DNA from: Azolla caroliniana
Lineage: Eukaryota > Plantae > Polypodiophyta
Assembly: GCA_043228905.1 (NCBI GenBank)
Contig: JBHGNT010000322.1
Span: 1-35,053, forward strand
DNA length: 35,053 bases
Direction: 5' to 3'
The stretch's first letter is position 1, and the number at the start of each line of letters is the position of its first letter. This document shows, in pieces, positions 26,872-35,053 of the stretch. The position numbers and the translations under genes are program-made. The notes below the pieces were generated by a model. The model saw only the letters and a program-made list of their open reading frames with translations, had not been told where the DNA came from and searched no databases.

Positions 26872-29800
26872 GCTTCGATTCTTATGTTTGAACACAAAAA
26901 TCCGATATCACACGAGCCAGGTAAGAACATTTTAATTTACTCAAGGGCTTCTCTCAACTCAGTCCTCAAATTTGGTAATCTCATCATGTCTCTGGACCTG
27001 AGTTTCAAAATCTTGATTTTTTAATTCCATATCATAGCTAGCGTTGTTAGCTTCGATTCGCATGTTAGAACACAAAAATCCGATATCACACGAGCCAGGT
27101 ATGAACATTTTGATTTAGCTCATAGCTCTTCTCAACTCACTCCTCAAATTTGGTAATTTCGTCATGGCTCTCGACCTGAGTTTCGAAATCTTGATTTTTT
27201 AATTCCATATCATAGCTAGCATTGTTAGCTTCGATTCGCATGTTTGAACACAAAAATCCGATATCACACGAGCCAGGTATGAACATTTTAATTTAACTCA
27301 TAGCTCTTCTTAACTCACTCCTCAAATTTGGTAATTTCGTCATGTCTCGCGACCTGAGTTTGAAAATCTTGATTTTTTAATTCCATATCATAGCTAGCGT
27401 TGTTAGCTTCGATTCTTACGTTTGAACACAAAAATCCGATATCACACGAGCCAGGTATGAACATTTTAATTTAACTCATAGCTCTTCTTAACTCACTCCT
27501 CAAATTTGGTATTTTCGTCATGTCTCTCGACCTGAGTTTCAAAATCTTGATTTTCTAATTCCATATCATAGCTAGCGTTGTTAGCTTCGATTCTCATGTT
27601 TGAACACAAAAATCCGATATCACACGAGCGAGGTATGAACATTTTAATTTACTCAAGGGCTTCTCTCAACTCACTCCTCAAATTTGGTAATCTCATCATG
27701 TCTCTCGACCTGAGTTTCAAAATCTTGATTTTTTAATTCCATATCATAGCTAGCGTAGTTAGCTTCTATTTGCATGTTTGAACACAAAAATCTCATATCA
27801 TACGAGCCAGGTATGAACATTTTAATTTACTCAAGGGCTTCTCTCAACTCACTCCTCAAATTTGGTAATCTCATCATGTCTCTCGACCTGAGTTTTAAAA
27901 TCTTGATTTTTTAATTCCATATCATAGCTAGCGTTGTTAGCTTCGATTCCCATGTTTGAACACAAAAATCCGATATCACACGAGCCAGGTATGAACATTT
28001 TAATTTACTCAAGGGCTTCTCTCAAACTCACTCCTCAAATTTGGTAATCTCATCATGTCTCTCGACCTGAGTTTGAAAATCTTGATTTTTTAATTCCATA
28101 TCATAGCTAGCGTTGTTAGCTTCGATTCGCATGTTTGAACACAAAAATCCGATATCACACGAGCCAGGTATGAACATTTTAATTTACTCAAGGGCTTCTC
28201 TCAACTCACTCCTCAAATTTGGTAATCTCATCATGTCTCTCGACCTGAGTTTGAAAATCTTGATTTTTTAATTCCATATCATAGCTAGCGTTGTTAGCTT
28301 CGATTCGCATGTTTGAACACAAAAATCCGATATCACACGAGCCAGGTATGAACATTTTAATTTACTCAAGGGCTTCTCTCAACTCACTCCTCAAATTTGG
28401 TAATCTCATCATGTCTCTCGACCTGAGTTTCAAAATCTGGATTTCTTAATTGCATATCATAGCTAGCGTAGTTAGCTTCGATTTGCATGTTTGAACACAA
28501 AAATCCGATATCACACGAGCCAGGTATGAACATTTTAATTTACTCAAGGGCTTCTCTCAACTCACTCCTCAAATTTGGTAATTTCGTCATGTCTCGCGAC
28601 CTGAGTTTCAAAATCTTGATTTTTTAATTCCATATCATAGCTAGCGTTGTTAGCTTCGATTCGCATGTTTGAACACAAAATTCTGATATCACACGAGCCA
28701 GGTATGAACATTTTAATTTACTCAAGGGCTTCTCTCAACTCACTCCTCAAATTTGGTAATCTCATCATGTCTCTCGACCTGAGTTTGAAAATCTTGATTT
28801 TTTAATTCCATATCATAGCTAGCGTTGTTAGCTTCGATTCGCATGTTTGAACACAAAAATCCGATATCACACGAGCCAGGTATGAACATTTTAATTTACT
28901 CAAGGGCTTCTCTCAACTCACTCCTCAAATTTGGTAATCTCATCATGTCTCTCGACCTGAGTTTGAAAATCTTGATTTTTTAATTCCATATCATAGCTAG
29001 CGTTGTTAGCTTCGATTCGCATGTTTGAACACAAAAATCCGATATCACACGAGCCAGGTATGAACATTTTAATTTACTCAAGGGCTTCTCTCAACTCACT
29101 CCTCAAATTTGGTAATCTCATCATGTCTCTCGACCTGAGTTTCAAAATCTGGATTTCTTAATTCCATATCATAGCTAGCGTAGTTAGCTTTGATTTGCAT
29201 GTTTGAACACAAAAATCCGATATCACACGAGCCAGGTATGAACATTTTAATTTACTCAAGGGCTTCTCTCAACTCACTCCTCAAATTTGGTAATCTCATC
29301 ATGTCTCTGGACCTGAGTTTCAAAATCTTGATTTTTTAATTCCATATCATAGCTAGCGTTGTTAGCTTCGATTCGCATGTTAGAACACAAAAATCCGATA
29401 TCACACGAGCCAGGTATGAACATTTTGATTTAGCTCATAGCTCTTCTCAACTCACTCCTCAAATTTGGTAATTTCGTCATGGCTCTCGACCTGAGTTTCG
29501 AAAGCTTGATTTTTTAATTCCATATCATAGCTAGCATTGTTAGCTTCGATTCGCATGTTTGAACACAAAAATCCGATATCACACGAGCCAGGTATGAACA
29601 TTTTAATTTAACTCATAGCTCTTCTTAACTCACTCCTCAAATTTGGTAATTTCGTCATGTCTCGCGACCTGAGTTTGAAAATCTTGATTTTTTAATTCCA
29701 TATCATAGCTAGCGTTGTTAGCTTCGATTCTTACGTTTGAACACAAAAATCCGATATCACACGAGCCAGGTATGAACATTTTAATTTAACTCATAGCTCT

Positions 29801-30076
29801 TCTTAACTCACTCCTCAAATTTGGTATTTTCGTCATGTCTCTCGACCTGAGTTTCAAAATCTTGATTTTCTAATTCCATATCATAGCTAGCGTAGTTAGC
29901 TTCGATTCGCATGTTTGAACACAAAAATCCGATATCACACGAGCCAGGTATGAACATTTTAATTTACTCAAGGGCTTCTCTCAACTCACTCCTCAAATTT
30001 GGTAATCTCATCATGTCTCTCGACCTGAGTTTCAAAATCTTGATTTTTTAATTCCATATCATAGCTAGCGTTGTTA
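26872..30076 (+). repeat. HOR unit 1: 18 monomers, 3205 bp
   Basis: Marker monomers recur with a 3205-bp period (TCTTAT/TAAG/CAGTC/TCTGG monomer at 26872 and 30077; CTATTT/CATACG monomer at 27762 and 30967). Confidence 0.9.
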
Positions 30077-33000
30077 GCTTCGATTCTTATGTTTGAACAC
30101 AAAAATCCGATATCACACGAGCCAGGTAAGAACATTTTAATTTACTCAAGGGCTTCTCTCAACTCAGTCCTCAAATTTGGTAATCTCATCATGTCTCTGG
30201 ACCTGAGTTTCAAAATCTTGATTTTTTAATTCCATATCATAGCTAGCGTTGTTAGCTTCGATTCGCATGTTAGAACACAAAAATCCGATATCACACGAGC
30301 CAGGTATGAACATTTTGATTTAGCTCATAGCTCTTCTCAACTCACTCCTCAAATTTGGTAATTTCGTCATGGCTCTCGACCTGAGTTTCGAAATCTTGAT
30401 TTTTTAATTCCATATCATAGCTAGCATTGTTAGCTTCGATTCGCATGTTTGAACACAAAAATCCGATATCACACGAGCCAGGTATGAACATTTTAATTTA
30501 ACTCATAGCTCTTCTTAACTCACTCCTCAAATTTGGTAATTTCGTCATGTCTCGCGACCTGAGTTTGAAAATCTTGATTTTTTAATTCCATATCATAGCT
30601 AGCGTTGTTAGCTTCGATTCTTACGTTTGAACACAAAAATCCGATATCACACGAGCCAGGTATGAACATTTTAATTTAACTCATAGCTCTTCTTAACTCA
30701 CTCCTCAAATTTGGTATTTTCGTCATGTCTCTCGACCTGAGTTTCAAAATCTTGATTTTCTAATTCCATATCATAGCTAGCGTTGTTAGCTTCGATTCTC
30801 ATGTTTGAACACAAAAATCCGATATCACACGAGCGAGGTATGAACATTTTAATTTACTCAAGGGCTTCTCTCAACTCACTCCTCAAATTTGGTAATCTCA
30901 TCATGTCTCTCGACCTGAGTTTCAAAATCTTGATTTTTTAATTCCATATCATAGCTAGCGTAGTTAGCTTCTATTTGCATGTTTGAACACAAAAATCTCA
31001 TATCATACGAGCCAGGTATGAACATTTTAATTTACTCAAGGGCTTCTCTCAACTCACTCCTCAAATTTGGTAATCTCATCATGTCTCTCGACCTGAGTTT
31101 TAAAATCTTGATTTTTTAATTCCATATCATAGCTAGCGTTGTTAGCTTCGATTCCCATGTTTGAACACAAAAATCCGATATCACACGAGCCAGGTATGAA
31201 CATTTTAATTTACTCAAGGGCTTCTCTCAAACTCACTCCTCAAATTTGGTAATCTCATCATGTCTCTCGACCTGAGTTTTAAAATCTTGATTTTTTAATT
31301 CCATATCATAGCTAGCGTTGTTAGCTTCGATTCCCATGTTTGAACACAAAAATCCGATATCACACGAGCCAGGTATGAACATTTTAATTTACTCAAGGGC
31401 TTCTCTCAAACTCACTCCTCAAATTTGGTAATCTCATCATGTCTCTCGACCTGAGTTTGAAAATCTTGATTTTTTAATTCCATATCATAGCTAGCGTTGT
31501 TAGCTTCGATTCGCATGTTTGAACACAAAAATCCGATATCACACGAGCCAGGTATGAACATTTTAATTTACTCAAGGGCTTCTCTCAACTCACTCCTCAA
31601 ATTTGGTAATCTCATCATGTCTCTCGACCTGAGTTTGAAAATCTTGATTTTTTAATTCCATATCATAGCTAGCGTTGTTAGCTTCGATTCGCATGTTTGA
31701 ACACAAAAATCCGATATCACACGAGCCAGGTATGAACATTTTAATTTACTCAAGGGCTTCTCTCAACTCACTCCTCAAATTTGGTAATCTCATCATGTCT
31801 CTCGACCTGAGTTTCAAAATCTGGATTTCTTAATTGCATATCATAGCTAGCGTAGTTAGCTTCGATTTGCATGTTTGAACACAAAAATCCGATATCACAC
31901 GAGCCAGGTATGAACATTTTAATTTACTCAAGGGCTTCTCTCAACTCACTCCTCAAATTTGGTAATTTCGTCATGTCTCGCGACCTGAGTTTCAAAATCT
32001 TGATTTTTTAATTCCATATCATAGCTAGCGTTGTTAGCTTCGATTCGCATGTTTGAACACAAAATTCTGATATCACACGAGCCAGGTATGAACATTTTAA
32101 TTTACTCAAGGGCTTCTCTCAACTCACTCCTCAAATTTGGTAATCTCATCATGTCTCTCGACCTGAGTTTGAAAATCTTGATTTTTTAATTCCATATCAT
32201 AGCTAGCGTTGTTAGCTTCGATTCGCATGTTTGAACACAAAAATCCGATATCACACGAGCCAGGTATGAACATTTTAATTTACTCAAGGGCTTCTCTCAA
32301 CTCACTCCTCAAATTTGGTAATCTCATCATGTCTCTCGACCTGAGTTTGAAAATCTTGATTTTTTAATTCCATATCATAGCTAGCGTTGTTAGCTTCGAT
32401 TCGCATGTTTGAACACAAAAATCCGATATCACACGAGCCAGGTATGAACATTTTAATTTACTCAAGGGCTTCTCTCAACTCACTCCTCAAATTTGGTAAT
32501 CTCATCATGTCTCTCGACCTGAGTTTCAAAATCTGGATTTCTTAATTCCATATCATAGCTAGCGTAGTTAGCTTCGATTTGCATGTTTGAACACAAAAAT
32601 CCGATATCACACGAGCCAGGTATGAACATTTTAATTTACTCAAGGGCTTCTCTCAACTCACTCCTCAAATTTGGTAATCTCATCATGTCTCTGGACCTGA
32701 GTTTCAAAATCTTGATTTTTTAATTCCATATCATAGCTAGCGTTGTTAGCTTCGATTCGCATGTTAGAACACAAAAATCCGATATCACACGAGCCAGGTA
32801 TGAACATTTTGATTTAGCTCATAGCTCTTCTCAACTCACTCCTCAAATTTGGTAATTTCGTCATGGCTCTCGACCTGAGTTTCGAAATCTTGATTTTTTA
32901 ATTCCATATCATAGCTAGCATTGTTAGCTTCGATTCGCATGTTTGAACACAAAAATCCGATATCACACGAGCCAGGTATGAACATTTTAATTTAACTCAT

Positions 33001-33460
33001 AGCTCTTCTTAACTCACTCCTCAAATTTGGTAATTTCGTCATGTCTCGCGACCTGAATTTGAAAATCTTGATTTTTTAATTCCATATCATAGCTAGCGTT
33101 GTTAGCTTCGATTCTTACGTTTGAACACAAAAATCCGATATCACACGAGCCAGGTATGAACATTTTAATTTAACTCATAGCTCTTCTTAACTCACTCCTC
33201 AAATTTGGTATTTTCGTCATGTCTCTCGACCTGAGTTTCAAAATCTTGATTTTCTAATTCCATATCATAGCTAGCGTAGTTAGCTTCGATTCGCATGTTT
33301 GAACACAAAAATCCGATATCACACGAGCCAGGTATGAACATTTTAATTTACTCAAGGGCTTCTCTCAACTCACTCCTCAAATTTGGTAATCTCATCATGT
33401 CTCTCGACCTGAGTTTCAAAATCTTGATTTTTTAATTCCATATCATAGCTAGCGTTGTTA
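30077..33460 (+). repeat. HOR unit 2: 19 monomers, 3384 bp (18-mer plus one duplicated 179-bp monomer)
   Basis: Same monomer order as unit 1, with an extra chimeric monomer at 31145-31323. Confidence 0.9.
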
Positions 33461-35053
33461 GCTTCGATTCTTATGTTTGAACACAAAAATCCGATATCAC
33501 ACGAGCCAGGTAAGAACATTTTAATTTACTCAAGGGCTTCTCTCAACTCAGTCCTCAAATTTGGTAATCTCATCATGTCTCTGGACCTGAGTTTCAAAAT
33601 CTTGATTTTTTAATTCCATATCATAGCTAGCGTTGTTAGCTTCGATTCGCATGTTAGAACACAAAAATCCGATATCACACGAGCCAGGTATGAACATTTT
33701 GATTTAGCTCATAGCTCTTCTCAACTCACTCCTCAAATTTGGTAATTTCGTCATGGCTCTCGACCTGAGTTTCGAAATCTTGATTTTTTAATTCCATATC
33801 ATAGCTAGCATTGTTAGCTTCGATTCGCATGTTTGAACACAAAAATCCGATATCACACGAGCCAGGTATGAACATTTTAATTTAACTCATAGCTCTTCTT
33901 AACTCACTCCTCAAATTTGGTAATTTCGTCATGTCTCGCGACCTGAGTTTGAAAATCTTGATTTTTTAATTCCATATCATAGCTAGCGTTGTTAGCTTCG
34001 ATTCTTACGTTTGAACACAAAAATCCGATATCACACGAGCCAGGTATGAACATTTTAATTTAACTCATAGCTCTTCTTAACTCACTCCTCAAATTTGGTA
34101 TTTTCGTCATGTCTCTCGACCTGAGTTTCAAAATCTTGATTTTCTAATTCCATATCATAGCTAGCGTTGTTAGCTTCGATTCTCATGTTTGAACACAAAA
34201 ATCCGATATCACACGAGCGAGGTATGAACATTTTAATTTACTCAAGGGCTTCTCTCAACTCACTCCTCAAATTTGGTAATCTCATCATGTCTCTCGACCT
34301 GAGTTTCAAAATCTTGATTTTTTAATTCCATATCATAGCTAGCGTAGTTAGCTTCTATTTGCATGTTTGAACACAAAAATCTCATATCATACGAGCCAGG
34401 TATGAACATTTTAATTTACTCAAGGGCTTCTCTCAACTCACTCCTCAAATTTGGTAATCTCATCATGTCTCTCGACCTGAGTTTTAAAATCTTGATTTTT
34501 TAATTCCATATCATAGCTAGCGTTGTTAGCTTCGATTCCCATGTTTGAACACAAAAATCCGATATCACACGAGCCAGGTATGAACATTTTAATTTACTCA
34601 AGGGCTTCTCTCAAACTCACTCCTCAAATTTGGTAATCTCATCATGTCTCTCGACCTGAGTTTGAAAATCTTGATTTTTTAATTCCATATCATAGCTAGC
34701 GTTGTTAGCTTCGATTCGCATGTTTGAACACAAAAATCCGATATCACACGAGCCAGGTATGAACATTTTAATTTACTCAAGGGCTTCTCTCAACTCACTC
34801 CTCAAATTTGGTAATCTCATCATGTCTCTCGACCTGAGTTTGAAAATCTTGATTTTTTAATTCCATATCATAGCTAGCGTTGTTAGCTTCGATTCGCATG
34901 TTTGAACACAAAAATCCGATATCACACGAGCCAGGTATGAACATTTTAATTTACTCAAGGGCTTCTCTCAACTCACTCCTCAAATTTGGTAATCTCATCA
35001 TGTCTCTCGACCTGAGTTTCAAAATCTGGATTTCTTAATTGCATATCATAGCT
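33461..35053 (+). repeat. HOR unit 3 (truncated by the window end; first 9 monomers)
   Basis: Same order as the first nine monomers of unit 1, ending in the TCTGGATTTCTTAATTGCAT monomer; has only one +A monomer, like unit 1. Confidence 0.88.

Larger units (their letters stand above)
1..35053. repeat. Tandem satellite array, 178-bp monomer, ~197 copies head-to-tail; probable (peri)centromeric satellite of a eukaryote (likely plant)
   Basis: The motif GCTTCGATT recurs at 1, 179, 357, 535, 713, 891 ... 10501 ... 31681 ... 34886, a 178-bp period. Seven 1-bp-shorter and four 1-bp-longer monomers account exactly for the net -3 bp drift at the last monomer (34886 vs 34889 expected). No non-satellite sequence seen. 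The array itself is certain; centromeric identity is inferred only from monomer size and homogeneity. Confidence 0.98.

Noticed and set aside
1-35053. CRISPR array or other repeat-spacer system
   Set aside because: No unique spacers: the entire 178 bp repeats, and the variable 17-bp block has only a few recurring alleles. No cas genes or leader.
1-35053. Protein-coding ORF or repetitive protein gene
   Set aside because: Each monomer has many TAA/TGA/TAG triplets on both strands, and the 178-bp period (not a multiple of 3) rotates the frame, so no long ORF can run through the array.
1-35053. 5S rDNA, tRNA, snRNA or spliced-leader tandem gene array
   Set aside because: No 5S, tRNA cloverleaf or Pol III A/B/C box similarity recognised, and no conserved-gene versus variable-spacer partition.
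1-35053. Embedded retrotransposon, telomeric tract or inversion
   Set aside because: Monomer phase is accounted for continuously across the window (net -3 bp from 11 single-base indels), leaving no room for an insertion; all monomers have the same orientation.

Overview
The whole 35,053-bp window is one uninterrupted head-to-tail satellite array. It holds 196 complete monomers plus a final 168-bp partial monomer, all in one orientation. Consensus (178 bp, ~37% GC): GCTTCGATTCGCATGTTTGAACACAAAAATCCGATATCACACGAGCCAGGTATGAACATTTTAATTTACTCAAGGGCTTCTCTCAACTCACTCCTCAAATTTGGTAATCTCATCATGTCTCTCGACCTGAGTTTCAAAATCTTGATTTTTTAATTCCATATCATAGCTAGCGTTGTTA. I found no genes, RNA genes, CRISPR spacers, transposon insertions or inversions. 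Monomer size and homogeneity fit a eukaryotic, probably plant-type, (peri)centromeric satellite, but I cannot name the species or family. It does not match Arabidopsis CEN178 or primate alpha satellite as I recall them. Typing monomers by eye with diagnostic SNPs shows two length-identical subfamilies (A, about two thirds; B/C, about one third). It also shows two domains: a left domain (~1-26 kb) of an irregular ~20-22-mer cassette reshuffled by multi-kb duplications, and a right domain (~26.9-35 kb) with a regular 18-mer (~3.2 kb) higher-order repeat (HOR) carrying private markers. Chimeric monomers record single unequal-exchange events. I see no new protein-coding system; the interest lies in satellite architecture and evolution. 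Monomer numbers (M1-M197) and letter codes are my own manual counts.
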